From an uncultured Trueperaceae bacterium (GTDB lineage Bacteria; Deinococcota; Deinococci; Deinococcales; Trueperaceae): a stretch of DNA of 64,000 bases. The stretch spans positions 32,001 to 96,000 of the forward strand of contig CAWCXJ010000012.1 of the NCBI GenBank assembly GCA_963799485.1, in the 5' to 3' direction. How positions within the stretch are numbered: position 1 is the stretch's first letter; every line of letters begins with the position of its first letter. This document shows, piece by piece, positions 1 to 11,054 of the stretch. The notes beneath the pieces are model-generated. The model was not told the DNA's origin. It was given only the letters and a program-made list of their open reading frames with translations, and did no database searches. A program made the translations under genes and the position numbers.

Positions 1-19
1 CGTTTTGAAAGGATAAAAA

Positions 20-628
20 ATGACAAACACTTTAACGCGTCCCCTTATCGATACTCTTGTTCCGCTACGCTCCGCCGCTTTACGCGTACCGCTGCAAATC
101 GCGCTCGGTGTGGTAATCATGGCGCTTTTAAGCCAGCTCGAGCTGAACATCGGCCCGGTACCCATAACCGGTCAAACGCTCGGCGTGCTGCTGCTCGGCG
201 CGGCTTACGGCGGCAGTCTGGGCGGCCTGACGCTTTTGGCGTACCTGCTCGTGGGCGGTTTCGGGCTCAGCGTTTTTTCGGGCGGCGGCGCAGGTTGGGG
301 ACACTTTAGCGGGACGACCGCCGGGTATCTGGTCAGCTTTCCGTTTGTCGCGGCGTTTGTCGGTTATTTGTCGCAGCGGGGCCTGACCCGCACGTTTTCC
401 GGGGCGGCGCTGGTGATGCTTTTGGGTAACGTGCTTGTCTACCTACCGGGTTTGGCGTGGCTGGCGACTTTTGCAAGTCAGTACGCGCCTGCAGGTGTGT
501 CGCCCTGGTCATGGGCGCTCAGTGTAGGACTGGTTCCGTTTATCGCAGGTGACGTTATCAAACTGCTCATCGCGGCTGCCCTGTTGCCGCTGGCATGGCG
601 GCTACTGGGGCGAAGTCCACACGTGTAA
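20..628 (+). CDS. bioY: Biotin transporter BioY (ECF S-component)
   Basis: Hydrophobic 202-aa protein with GPVPITGQTLGVLL, GTTAGYLVSF and PFIAGDVIK motifs typical of BioY. Confidence 0.93.
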   Translation: MTNTLTRPLIDTLVPLRSAALRVPLQIALGVVIMALLSQLELNIGPVPITGQTLGVLLLGAAYGGSLGGLTLLAYLLVGGFGLSVFSGGGAGWGHFSGTTAGYLVSFPFVAAFVGYLSQRGLTRTFSGAALVMLLGNVLVYLPGLAWLATFASQYAPAGVSPWSWALSVGLVPFIAGDVIKLLIAAALLPLAWRLLGRSPHV

Positions 629-642
629 AGCCGTCTGCCGTA

Positions 643-676
643 AAAAGCGCTGCACCCAATTGGGTGCAGCGCTTTT
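643..676. terminator. Bidirectional intrinsic terminator (perfect 34-bp palindrome)
   Basis: AAAAGCGCTGCACCCAA|TTGGGTGCAGCGCTTTT between convergent bioY and CRP genes. Confidence 0.9.
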
Positions 677-698
677 CGTTTAGGCTAGCCTTTTGCGT

Positions 699-1325
699 CT
701 ATTCGCCTGCAATCGTGCGGAGGGTCTCGAGGTTTACGAGCGCGATTTTACCGTAACCGGCGTGAATGGCCCCTTGTCTCGAGAGTTCACCGACAACTTT
801 GGTCACCGTTTCGCGTACCGAACCGACTGCTGCCGCCAGGTCGTCATGGGTGATATGTACAATCGCCTCACCGTTCGCGCCTGTGGTCGCTAGCGCGCTG
901 TCTTGCAGGTCTAAAAGCTCCGCCGCGATACGCGCTTTGAGGCGTTTGCCCGAAAGCCGGTAGAGCGCCCGGTAAAGCCGCTCCATCGCCTCGACCAAGT
1001 GCGTCGTCAAGGTGAGGTTTTCCTGCGGCCCGAGGGTTGCCGGGCTCATGACCTCGATGCTGCTGGAGGTTACAGCTTCGGCAAAGTAGCGGCGCTGCAG
1101 ACCGACGAGCGCCTCCTCGCCGAAGTAACCGCCCGGTTTGACGTAACGCAGCGTCAGGCCGTTGCCCTCGTCGTCTACGGTGTGAATACGAACCAGACCT
1201 TCTTGGACGCGGTAGAGGTTGTCCGGATCGCCCGGAAACAACGTGACCTCGCCCGCTTCGACACTTAACAGGTCGATATAGCCACCTTCGGGGATGAGCT
1301 GAGAGGGGTGTGATGTGCGGCTCAT
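699..1325 (-). CDS. CRP/FNR family transcriptional regulator (DdrI/LdrP-like)
   Basis: cNMP-binding domain (LYRVQEGLVRIH...GGYFGEEAL) plus HTH (THDDLAAAVGSVRETVTKV); start moved to ATG 1325 after AGGAGG RBS. Confidence 0.9.
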   Translation of the reverse strand: MSRTSHPSQLIPEGGYIDLLSVEAGEVTLFPGDPDNLYRVQEGLVRIHTVDDEGNGLTLRYVKPGGYFGEEALVGLQRRYFAEAVTSSSIEVMSPATLGPQENLTLTTHLVEAMERLYRALYRLSGKRLKARIAAELLDLQDSALATTGANGEAIVHITHDDLAAAVGSVRETVTKVVGELSRQGAIHAGYGKIALVNLETLRTIAGE

Positions 1326-1693
1326 AAGGCGCCCTCCTTTCGGTCTGGGTAGCTTAGAGAAAACCGCTTTGACATATCTATAAAAGTATACGTGCGCCGT
1401 CCGGGACGAATAAACGCCCACGTTACGAAAAGTTTCGGGTCTGCTAGTACCGAGACAAAGAAATAAGGGCGGCTGGACCCAACCCCTTTCGGTTCGCGGG
1501 ATAGAGGCGCACACAACTCGGCGGCTGAGTGGTTTGGGCAGGCGGTAAGTTTGGCGCTGTGCTGAGCCGGTAAAGCTTGGCAGACAATAGTAGCGTGCAA
1601 CCGTAACGCTTCGCAGTGTCGAATACCCGACTACTCTCTTGATCCACCTTCCTGTCTCACTTCTCTTATCAAGGCTCAGCACTTCGACAAGCG

Positions 1694-2779
<1,086 letters not shown>

Positions 2780-2970
2780 GAAACTCCCTTAAACCTTTTG
2801 AGTCGTGGTTTTTACGGTTCAATACGCCGCAATTACGGCGTTCCAAACGTGGAGTATACCAAGCTTTCGTAAAGCCCCCGGTTTTTGCGGGTTCAGCCTT
2901 TACAGTTTCCAGTCGGAGGTGTAGCTGCGGGACGTAACCCTGAGCTAGCGCCCCGTGATACCCTGAATTT

Positions 2971-4011
2971 ATGACACCTGGTAAGGCGAGCGGAACGGTA
3001 AACATCGGACTTTTGGGGGCCGGAACGGTCGGAGCCGGGTTTTGCGACCTCTTTGAAGGCGCAGGTTTAGACGCCGTCATCAGCAAGGTGCTGGTGCGCG
3101 ACCCAGGGAAGACGCGCCCCGCCTGCGTCCCGCAAACGGCCTTAACCACCGACGCTAACGAAGTTTTGGAAAACGATATCGTCGTCGAACTCTTGGGCGG
3201 CACCGACTATGCGGGCGACCTGATGTTGCAGGCTTTAGCAGCGGGTAAAAGGGTCGTGACGGCAAACAAGGCGGTACTTGCGGAGCGGTGGGACGAGTTC
3301 AAACCGTTTATTCAGGTGGGTAAGCTCTACTTCGAGGCGGCGGTGATGGCCGGAACGCCCGCCGTCGAACCGCTTGCGGGCGTGCTGCGCGGCTCGAGGC
3401 CCCTAGAACTCCACGCGATTCTAAACGGTACCTGCAACTATATTCTGGGAGAACTCGAGGGCGGTTCGGACTTTGAAGAGGCGCTTAAAGAAGCACAAAG
3501 TTTGGGCTACGCCGAAGCCGACCCGAGCACCGACGTAGACGGTTTCGACGCGGCGCATAAACTCACGATTCTGGGCCGTCTGGCGTTCGACCCCGACTTT
3601 TCGTGGGAGGGCGTCCGGGCGCACACGCACGGCATCCGGCACCTCACCCCGGCGATTGTCAAAGAGGCGATGGAGGATGGCGGGCGGCTCCGCTCGGTCG
3701 GCAGCATCTATCCTGAAAACGGTTCTTGGCGCGGTACGGTGCGCCCGGTCTACCTGCCACCCGAACACCCGCTCTCCGGTTCGGCGAGTAACCGCAACGG
3801 ACTTTTGTTTAAGGGCGACGCGGTAGGCGAAGTGCTGATTACCGGTGCGGGCGCGGGCGCGGCCCCGACTGCGAGCGCTGTACTCGCCGACCTGATGAGT
3901 GCTCTCTCCGGGCGCGCCGGCCCCGGTCTGCTGGCGAGGGCGGCGGCTGTCCCGCAAGACTACCGCGCCCAACCGCTCGGTGAAGTATTGATGGCCGGTG
4001 GGCAAGTTTAG
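2971..4011 (+). CDS. hom: Homoserine dehydrogenase
   Basis: GLLGAGTVG, VVTANK, FEAAV, ILNGTCNYIL, GYAEADP..DVDGFDAAHK. Confidence 0.95.
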   Translation: MTPGKASGTVNIGLLGAGTVGAGFCDLFEGAGLDAVISKVLVRDPGKTRPACVPQTALTTDANEVLENDIVVELLGGTDYAGDLMLQALAAGKRVVTANKAVLAERWDEFKPFIQVGKLYFEAAVMAGTPAVEPLAGVLRGSRPLELHAILNGTCNYILGELEGGSDFEEALKEAQSLGYAEADPSTDVDGFDAAHKLTILGRLAFDPDFSWEGVRAHTHGIRHLTPAIVKEAMEDGGRLRSVGSIYPENGSWRGTVRPVYLPPEHPLSGSASNRNGLLFKGDAVGEVLITGAGAGAAPTASAVLADLMSALSGRAGPGLLARAAAVPQDYRAQPLGEVLMAGGQV

Positions 4012-4065
4012 TGGCGACTGCGTTTTTCCTGCTAAGTATCGCCCCGACAAGGTAGATTGGACAAG

Positions 4066-5379
4066 ATGCATTATTTTAGTACCCGCGACTTCCAAAAACA
4101 CCCTGTTTCGCTTCAAGAAGCCGTGCTGACGGGCCTTGCGCCGGACGGCGGGCTTTATGTCCCCGAGCACATTCCTCGGCTGACAGACGACTGGAAAGCG
4201 GCGAAAAGCCTGTCTGAACTGGCGCAGCACGTTTTGACGCCGTGGCTGGGCGATGAACTGAGCCGGGATAAGTTGGCGGCGATTACCGAGGACGCCTTGG
4301 ACTTCTCTATACCGCTCGTTGGATTGGCTGATGGGCTGGGGGTACTCGAGCTCTTCCACGGCCCTACCTTGTCGTTCAAAGACGTCGGCGCGCGGACGAT
4401 GGCGCGGCTGTTGGACGCGTTTTTAGAGAGCAAAAAGCTCGAGGGTAAGAGTCAGCGCGTTACGATCTTGGTGGCGACTTCCGGCGATACGGGGAGTGCT
4501 GTCGCCGACGGTTTTGCCGGTCAGGACAACTTAGGCGTGGTGCTGCTCTATCCCAAGGGTAAGGTCAGCGAGGTGCAGGAGCGGCAGCTGATTTGTCCGC
4601 GTCCGGGCGTTCGCGCCTACGCCGTCGAAGGGGACTTCGACGCGTGCCAGCGGCTCGTTAAGGCGGCGTTTGTCGACCCGGAACTCCGCGAGCTGGGGTT
4701 GTCGTCGGCAAATTCTATTAATTTAGGGCGACTTTTGCCACAGTCTACTTATTACTTTTGGGCAGCGCTGCAGGCTGCCAGTTCAGGGTTTGAGAACCCT
4801 GTCTTCTGCGTTCCCAGCGGTAATCTGGGCAATCTGACAGCGGGCGTTCTCGCCGGCAAGATGGGTGTAGACACCCCCCGGTTTATCGCCGCACACAACG
4901 CCAACGACTTTTTTCCCGGTTTTTTAGCGTCTCGTTACGACCACGGCGGTTTCCGGGATACCGTTTCTACCCTTTCAAATGCGATGGACGTGGGCGCGCC
5001 GAGCAACTTCGAGCGCCTTTACGCACTTCTGGGTGAAGCGCTGCGGCGCGGTGACCTCTGGAGTACATCGGTTAGCGATGAGGTCACGAAGACGCGGCTT
5101 CAGCACGTTTACGGAGCTTACGGTTACGTCGCTTGCCCGCACACGGCTGTCGGGTTCGAGGCTGCGGCGCGTTACCGTAAAGAGACCGGCGATAACAGAC
5201 CTGTTATCGTCCTGGCAACGGCGCACCCCGCCAAGTTTGAAGGAACCGTTGAAGCTGCGTTGAAGTTTGAACTCCCCAAGGTTCCGGCGTTGGAAAAGCT
5301 CAAAGGCCCACCCACCGACGTACCGACCTTACCGCCGACGTTGGACGCGCTCAAAACCGAACTGCTCGCCTTGGCGTAA
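4066..5379 (+). CDS. thrC: Threonine synthase
   Basis: GLAPDGGLYVP, LELFHGPTLSFKD, ATSGDTG, SANSINLGR, VPSGNLGN, ATAHPAKF; ATG 4066 (TTG 4057 alternative). Confidence 0.96.
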   Translation: MHYFSTRDFQKHPVSLQEAVLTGLAPDGGLYVPEHIPRLTDDWKAAKSLSELAQHVLTPWLGDELSRDKLAAITEDALDFSIPLVGLADGLGVLELFHGPTLSFKDVGARTMARLLDAFLESKKLEGKSQRVTILVATSGDTGSAVADGFAGQDNLGVVLLYPKGKVSEVQERQLICPRPGVRAYAVEGDFDACQRLVKAAFVDPELRELGLSSANSINLGRLLPQSTYYFWAALQAASSGFENPVFCVPSGNLGNLTAGVLAGKMGVDTPRFIAAHNANDFFPGFLASRYDHGGFRDTVSTLSNAMDVGAPSNFERLYALLGEALRRGDLWSTSVSDEVTKTRLQHVYGAYGYVACPHTAVGFEAAARYRKETGDNRPVIVLATAHPAKFEGTVEAALKFELPKVPALEKLKGPPTDVPTLPPTLDALKTELLALA

Positions 5380-5485
5380 GGCGCGCTGCAAACTTTAGCA
5401 GCGTAAAGGCCACTAGCGGCGGGGCCCTCGCCGTAAAGGCAGCGTAAACCTAAACGCTGTGCGCCTGCCCCCTGTTCCCTCCACC

Positions 5486-5581
5486 GATTTCCTCGACCAC
5501 CTTGGCGCAAAACGCGGGCAGGTCGTCCGGGTTGCGGTTCGTAACCAAGCCCGGGTCGGTGACGGCATCTTCGTTTTTCCA
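5486..5581 (-). pseudogene. C-terminal remnant of a PfpI/DJ-1 (YhbO-like) protein
   Basis: Minus-strand frame reads WKNEDAVTDPGLVTNRNPDDLPAFCAKVVEEI, matching the PfpI C-terminal LVTSRxPDDLPAF motif; in-frame stop just upstream and no N-terminus. Confidence 0.7.
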
Positions 5582-5616
5582 CAGTTTGAGCCCTGGTTAT
5601 GACTACTTCACCTGAC

Positions 5617-5711
5617 ACCACTAGTTCCTAAAACTACACAGCACGCGAGCGTCCCGCTGCGGACGTGCGCCCCGTAGACACGTACCACTAGTCACCAAAA
5701 TTACACAGCAC
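5617..5711. repeat. Two 28-nt imperfect direct repeats separated by 39 nt
   Basis: ACCACTAGTTCCTAAAACTACACAGCAC (5617-5644) and ACCACTAGTCACCAAAATTACACAGCAC (5684-5711), 24/28 identical. Confidence 0.85.
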
Positions 5712-5780
5712 CCGCCGCAACACCGTGTGTGCCTATTCGTCTCCAGCAACGTAAAGCTTGGGCATTCCAAACCGCAACTT

Positions 5781-6650
5781 TTACGAGGATTCGAGCGACA
5801 CCCACACTGTTTTGTCCGCTTGTCCGCCTGTCTGAACCCGGCCTTCGCGACTCAGCTTCTCCAGATGGGCGAGCAGTGAACCCTCGCGCATGGGGGTCAG
5901 CGTGTCCGGTACCGTGGGGTAGATACGCTTGCTCAATTCTTGCAAGCTCAGCGGTTGGGTCAGCGCTGCTAAAATCTCCGCTTCGCGCGCCAGCCGGTGG
6001 TCGCGCACCTGCCCGAGCCTCGCTGCAGGGTCACGCACCAGCGGGCCGTGACCGGGGCCGAACACCGCGCCGCCGGCACGGGCCAGGAGCGTCCCGAGTT
6101 TCTCGAGCGACGCCAGATAGTCCGACACGTCGCCCTCCGGCAGGCCGACCCAGGTCGAACCCTGCGCCGTCAACAGGTCACCGACGAAAACGCTCAGCGT
6201 GCTTGTCCCGGGCTCGGCAGTAGCGAAGCTCAGATGTCCGGGGCTGTGACCGGGGGTGTGGTGAACGCTTATGGTTTTGCGCCCTACCGGGAACGCGTCG
6301 CCGTCTGCCAAGCGTACCGTAGAAAAATCGAGGCGGGTTTGCTCGAGCGCGTGGACATAAACTTCCGCGCCGTAATGCTCGCTCAGCGCCGCCGCGCCCG
6401 CCGCATGGTCGGGGTGGGTGTGGGTGAGCAGAAGTGCGCTGAGCCGTAATATACCTAGAGCCGCCAAACTTGCCGTAAACGCCGCCAGCACGCCCGGGTC
6501 GTCCGAACCGGCGTCGATTAATACGGCTTCTTTGCCGCGCTGCACCAGGTAGCTGTTGGTGTGCTCAAAAGGTGGCAACGTCCGGCTCGGCAGGGCAAAA
6601 CGCCAGACACCCGTCCCTACGCGTTCGGGCTCGAGGTTTGGAGCAGGCAC
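5781..6650 (-). CDS. MBL-fold metallo-hydrolase (LACTB2-like)
   Basis: THTHPDH, HTPGHSPGH, GPGHGP motifs; C-terminal winged-helix-like LAHLEKL. Confidence 0.9.
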   Translation of the reverse strand: MPAPNLEPERVGTGVWRFALPSRTLPPFEHTNSYLVQRGKEAVLIDAGSDDPGVLAAFTASLAALGILRLSALLLTHTHPDHAAGAAALSEHYGAEVYVHALEQTRLDFSTVRLADGDAFPVGRKTISVHHTPGHSPGHLSFATAEPGTSTLSVFVGDLLTAQGSTWVGLPEGDVSDYLASLEKLGTLLARAGGAVFGPGHGPLVRDPAARLGQVRDHRLAREAEILAALTQPLSLQELSKRIYPTVPDTLTPMREGSLLAHLEKLSREGRVQTGGQADKTVWVSLESS

Positions 6651-7618
6651 TAGCGACCGCGCAAATAGCTGAGGGCGTCTTGTAGGGGGCGACTCGAGGG
6701 TTCATCCGGGACGACGCCGCGCCCCTCCCAGGTAGGGCCGCGCAAGGGGGCCAGCACCCCGGTCGCAATCCACGCCTGTGAACCGTCGCGGAGGCAAAAG
6801 GGTAGTACCGCCTCGACGTTGCCGGCGCTCGTTTCACCAAAGACGCGCGCCCGCCCGGTACTTTGCAGCACACCTGCCAGACCTTCGGCGGCGCTGTTGA
6901 CGTTTTCATCGATAAGTACCGCGAGCGGCGCGTCGGTTTCGACCGCGCCGAGCGCCGGATAGGGGAGGGGCAGTGTCCAGCGCGTCAGCGTGCGCCACAA
7001 AAAGCCCCGGGTAAACACGCCCGCTGCGCTCATCATCTCGACGAGCCTGCCGCCGGGGTTGCCGCGCAAATCGAGGACGAACGCGCGCGCGCCCTTTGCC
7101 GACAGCTGCCGCACCGCCTCGCGGAGGTCGCCGGAGACACCGGTCGTGGCCAGGTCGGGGAGCGTCAGGACGCCGACAGCATAATCCGGGGTCGTCTCGA
7201 GCCGATAACGCACGCGTCCCAACCGCGCATCTTGTCCCGAAAAGCCGAATACGCCCAAACAGGGCAAGTCGCCGTACTGCTGCCGGACACGCTGCACTTT
7301 AGCAGGCGGTACAAAAACCGAGTGCTGGTCGCCGAGTTCGTCGTAAAGCCGCTCCAGAACGCGGTAAAACGCCCTGTCGCTCTTTGCGGCGACGGCTTCG
7401 GGCCGGTATTCGCGCTTTAGCGCCGCCCAGTCATTGCCCCCGTAATCTGTGTCCCAGTACCTTTCGGCGACGAGCTGCCAGGCGACGTCGAAGCGCGCAC
7501 CGTAGCTGCCAGGGCCGCTCGGCTGAACGGGTACAGCTTGAGCCGATACGGATTGACCATACAGATAGGCACCAGGGACAGATAAAACAACGACAAATAA
7601 AAAAAAGATACGGCGCAT
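6650..7618 (-). CDS. Secreted S41 family peptidase
   Basis: Signal peptide, VLDLRGNPGG, NSAAE catalytic Ser region, WEGRGVVPD. Confidence 0.88.
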   Translation of the reverse strand: MRRIFFLFVVVLSVPGAYLYGQSVSAQAVPVQPSGPGSYGARFDVAWQLVAERYWDTDYGGNDWAALKREYRPEAVAAKSDRAFYRVLERLYDELGDQHSVFVPPAKVQRVRQQYGDLPCLGVFGFSGQDARLGRVRYRLETTPDYAVGVLTLPDLATTGVSGDLREAVRQLSAKGARAFVLDLRGNPGGRLVEMMSAAGVFTRGFLWRTLTRWTLPLPYPALGAVETDAPLAVLIDENVNSAAEGLAGVLQSTGRARVFGETSAGNVEAVLPFCLRDGSQAWIATGVLAPLRGPTWEGRGVVPDEPSSRPLQDALSYLRGR

Positions 7619-7680
7619 AAGACAGTGTACGCGCTGCCGGTTTGCCGTATCGGTAACTATACTGTGAGCCGCTTACTACC

Positions 7681-7716
7681 CTAGAAGCCGACTATTCTAA
7701 AACCGACTATTCTAGA
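7681..7716. repeat. Short tandem repeat (CCGACTATTCTA x2, period 15)
   Basis: CTAGAAGCCGACTATTCTAAAACCGACTATTCTAGA. Confidence 0.7.
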
Positions 7717-7738
7717 GGTCAACGTCTCGACCGGTTGG

Positions 7739-8686
7739 TCAGGCGCGGCTGGCGTTTAGCATCGCCTTGGCGTGCCGGTAGAGCATGGGCGCGTCGATGA
7801 CGCAGCTTTGCGCGCCGATAGCGGTGACGTTGAGGGCTCCGGCGACGTTGCCGAGGCGCGCGGCGTAGTGCAGGTCGTAGCCTTCCATTACGCCGTGGGC
7901 AAAAGCGGCGGTGTAGTAGTCGCCGGCTCCGGTAGACTCCAAAACCCCGTCGATTTCAAACGCCTCGATCAGTTCGGTAAGCTCGGGGGTGATAATCATC
8001 GAACCCATCTCGCCGAGCTTGACCAGTACGCGTTTGATGCCGTGCTCGGCGAGCCCGGCGACAGCGGTTGAAATCGAGCTTTCGCCGGTCAGGGCGTAGA
8101 GTTCGCGGCGGTTCATCAAGAGATAATCCACGTTGCTGACGAGCGCCAACAGCCGTTCGCGGAGTGCGTCGGCAGCGCCTGAACCCATATCGATAAAAGT
8201 CGTGAGGCGAGCACGGCGCGCGGCCTCGAGCGCCCGCACCGCGTACTCGCGTTGTGGCCCGCCGACGAGGCTGTACGCGCTGACGACGAGTGCGTCACAA
8301 GCGGCAATGCGCTCGGCGCGGAAGTCGGTCGCGTCCAGGTTACGGCTCGCGCCGCCGCCGGAAATCATCGTGCGCTGGGTATCGGGGGTAATCAGCAGCG
8401 TAACGTTGCTCGTTTGCAACACCAGGTCGGTTTGCACGAGCTTGGTATCGACGCCGGCTTTTTTAACGTGTTTAAGCGCGAGTTCGGCGAACGGCCCCTC
8501 ACCGACGCGGGCAGCTAGCACGACCTCGTTGCCGAGCCGGGCGAGCGCCGCAGCCACCGTACCACCTGCACCACCGGGCTCGAGCACGGCGCGGCTCGCC
8601 GCAACTTCTCCCCCTACGTCGGGCAGGTCGTTGACAAAATACATCTGGTCAACGGTAACGTCGCCTACCACAAAAAACTTAGTCAT
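7739..8686 (-). CDS. PfkB family carbohydrate kinase
   Basis: PGGAGGTVAAALARLG and STGAGD signatures. Confidence 0.92.
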   Translation of the reverse strand: MTKFFVVGDVTVDQMYFVNDLPDVGGEVAASRAVLEPGGAGGTVAAALARLGNEVVLAARVGEGPFAELALKHVKKAGVDTKLVQTDLVLQTSNVTLLITPDTQRTMISGGGASRNLDATDFRAERIAACDALVVSAYSLVGGPQREYAVRALEAARRARLTTFIDMGSGAADALRERLLALVSNVDYLLMNRRELYALTGESSISTAVAGLAEHGIKRVLVKLGEMGSMIITPELTELIEAFEIDGVLESTGAGDYYTAAFAHGVMEGYDLHYAARLGNVAGALNVTAIGAQSCVIDAPMLYRHAKAMLNASRA

Positions 8687-8938
8687 TTAACTCCATACAA
8701 AGGGGTGGCGCACCAACGACGTGCGCGACCAGCGGGGTTTGGCACAGATGTAAAGCACACCTGTGTGGTTGATCTTTAACGCTAGCGGGCAGTATAGCTC
8801 ATTTTTCGTTTTCTGCCTACCGTTCCTGCCTACTATGGGTCTGCCCTGCGGCTTAAACTCAACCAGTTATAACACGCGTTTTCGCGTGTGTCATGCATTA
8901 TGTAAACGCCAGGCAAAAATTATAGCTCGACAAAAGCG

Positions 8939-9754
8939 CTACTGCAAAGCTTTTTGCAAAACGTAAAATGTTTCTAGGTCAAGCGCCTCAGCGCGGACGC
9001 GGGTGTCGAGAGACATATGTCCTAGTGCTGCTGTGACCTGCGCCGCCGGATAACCTGCCATCAGCAAGTTCTTTTTAAGCGTTTTACGGCGGTGTGCGAA
9101 CGCCTGATGGACGAGCCGAAAGAGCGCCGGGTCGGGTTTTGCTCCCGGCCTGACGTCTAGCCGGACGACGCTGCTCGTGACCGTCGGGGGCGGCGCGAAC
9201 GAACTCGGTTTTACGTCACGGACGCGGTTTGCACTGCCGAAATGCGCGACGATAAGGCTGAGCGCGCCGTAAGCGGGGGTACTCGGCGGCGCGGTAAGGC
9301 GCTGCGCGACCTCTTTTTGGACCAGAAACACGAGCCGCTTAAAACGCCCGGACTCGAGTACCCTTACTAAAATCGGGGTGCCGACGTTGTAGGGCAAGTT
9401 GGCGGCGAATACACTCTTTTCCGGCAAGCTCGACAAGTCGAAGGTGAGTCCGTCGCCGTGAATCAGTTCGACATTCTCCAAACCCGCCAGTGTTTCGCCG
9501 AGTACCGGCAAGAGCCGCCCGTCGAGTTCGATACCGACGACCCGGCCCGCCTTTGCTGCGAGTTCACGTGTCAGCACGCCTAAACCGGGGCCGATTTCCA
9601 GTGCGGTGTCGTCCCTAGTTATTTCGGCTGCGCCGACGATGGCTGAAAGCGCAGCGGCGTCAACGAGAAAGTTTTGTCCAAAACCTTTATCGGCGCGGAG
9701 CCCGTAACGCGTCAACAAGTCGCGGACGCGGCGCGGGCTGGTCAGCGGCAACAT
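8939..9754 (-). CDS. rsmA: 16S rRNA m6,2A1518/1519 dimethyltransferase
   Basis: FGQNFL, EIGPGLGVLT, ANLPYNV, QKEVAQRL, RRKTL. Confidence 0.96.
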   Translation of the reverse strand: MLPLTSPRRVRDLLTRYGLRADKGFGQNFLVDAAALSAIVGAAEITRDDTALEIGPGLGVLTRELAAKAGRVVGIELDGRLLPVLGETLAGLENVELIHGDGLTFDLSSLPEKSVFAANLPYNVGTPILVRVLESGRFKRLVFLVQKEVAQRLTAPPSTPAYGALSLIVAHFGSANRVRDVKPSSFAPPPTVTSSVVRLDVRPGAKPDPALFRLVHQAFAHRRKTLKKNLLMAGYPAAQVTAALGHMSLDTRVRAEALDLETFYVLQKALQ

Positions 9755-9792
9755 TGCTAAATCCGTCTCTATTTTTTCGGGTTTGTTCGTGC

Positions 9793-10293
9793 TCAGGCGT
9801 TCGCCTCGAGGTGCGCCGCGAGCTTTTCACTAATCTGCGCTTGTGCGCCCGCGAGGCTCAGGTTTTGCACTACTGCAAGTTCACTCGCCAGCGACATCTT
9901 GGCGGCTTCTAAAATCTCGCGTTCGGTTGCAGCGAGGCCTTTCTCGAGGTCGCGCTCGGCCAGCGTACCGATCAGCTGCGCCAACGCAAAGGCGTCTCCG
10001 GCGGCTAAAGTGTCTTGTTCGGCGCGGTAGCGCGGGGGCCACTGCGCGGGTAGCTCGAGGTCGCCGCCCAACATCGCCGCCCAGACCGCTGCCAGGTCGC
10101 TCTCTAAAATGGTGTGGCGCAAACCGACCTCTTGACCTTTTTTGAGCGGCACCAACACGTCCATATCGCCCCGGACAAAACTGATTTTGAGATATTCGTG
10201 CGTTTCGCCGAGGATGACCCGCGTCGCAATCTCATCGACCCGGCCCGCCCCCTGCGAGGGATACACCACACTGTCGCCAACTTTGAACGTCAC
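9793..10293 (-). CDS. carD: CarD family RNA-polymerase-binding regulator
   Basis: FKVGDSVVYPSQGAG N-terminus; GTG start at 10293. Confidence 0.88.
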   Translation of the reverse strand: MTFKVGDSVVYPSQGAGRVDEIATRVILGETHEYLKISFVRGDMDVLVPLKKGQEVGLRHTILESDLAAVWAAMLGGDLELPAQWPPRYRAEQDTLAAGDAFALAQLIGTLAERDLEKGLAATEREILEAAKMSLASELAVVQNLSLAGAQAQISEKLAAHLEANA

Positions 10294-10339
10294 GCAGTCC
10301 TCCGAAGGGCAGCCTACCATAGCCCCCGGAACAGATGAC

Positions 10340-10942
10340 TTACATTGCGCCTTCGCCCTGATAGGCCAGAAACGCCAGGGTGCAGCGCCTTTCGCCCTCT
10401 TCGGCTTTGACCTCACCGATAATGGTATTGACAGCTCGATAGATTTTTTGAAATTGCTCAGCGCTTAACGTGGGCGTGGAGATAGACACCCAGGTTCCGT
10501 ATTTAGGCGGTTTAGAAGAGCCGATAGCGAAGGTTTCCTCGAGGTCGAACTCCACCGGGCCGTTCTCGAACAAATCGGCTTCAGCGCTGGTCTCTGCCTC
10601 AATGCTTTTTAGAAAATTGCGGTGGAGTTTACTCAGCATTCCGTCAAGCATCGCAGGTACGGCTTCGCCAACGGCAGGTTGCAATTCTGGAGAGAGCGAA
10701 AATCTTTCCGCGACAGTCTGGTACGTGCGTGAGCGGGTGCTGTCGTCAATAGTTTCTAAAAGCCCTGCTTCGTGTAGTCGTTTGACGCGGTAGTGCAGCA
10801 CATTTGCCGGAACCTGCAAGCGCCGCGCCACTTCGCTCGGGGTGAGGGGTTCTTTGAACAGATAGAGGGCAGCGTAGTAGGGGAGATTGAAGAGGAGCTC
10901 CAACTGTTCAGCATTTAGTGGGTAGGCATCTGTTTTTGTCAT
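10340..10942 (-). CDS. Winged helix-turn-helix (ArsR-like) regulator
   Basis: TPSEVARRLQVPANVLHYRVKRLHEAGLL HTH. Confidence 0.75.
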   Translation of the reverse strand: MTKTDAYPLNAEQLELLFNLPYYAALYLFKEPLTPSEVARRLQVPANVLHYRVKRLHEAGLLETIDDSTRSRTYQTVAERFSLSPELQPAVGEAVPAMLDGMLSKLHRNFLKSIEAETSAEADLFENGPVEFDLEETFAIGSSKPPKYGTWVSISTPTLSAEQFQKIYRAVNTIIGEVKAEEGERRCTLAFLAYQGEGAM

Positions 10943-11054
10943 GACGCCAGTGTGACGGGTGTGGGTTTCAGATGCTAGCGGGGGATTTGAAGCGTTCAGC
11001 GTAGCGTTGCAGACATTTTACCGCTTTGGGTATACTTGCAAGTTCGGAGGATTT

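Noticed and set aside
1326..1682. N-terminal extensions in the ORF track (CRP here; also carD, mnmA, rho, ileS, nurA, rpsA)
   Set aside because: Downstream starts have an RBS or -10 and coincide with where family similarity begins; the extensions are open frames by chance.
1555..1693. Degenerate REP-like sequences (GCTCAGCACTTCGACAAGC, GTGCTGAGCCGGTAAAGC)
   Set aside because: Too short and degenerate, with no clear further copies in the window.
5617..5711. Calling the two 28-nt repeats a CRISPR array
   Set aside because: Only two imperfect repeats, no leader and no cas genes in the window; kept as a repeat and a finding only.
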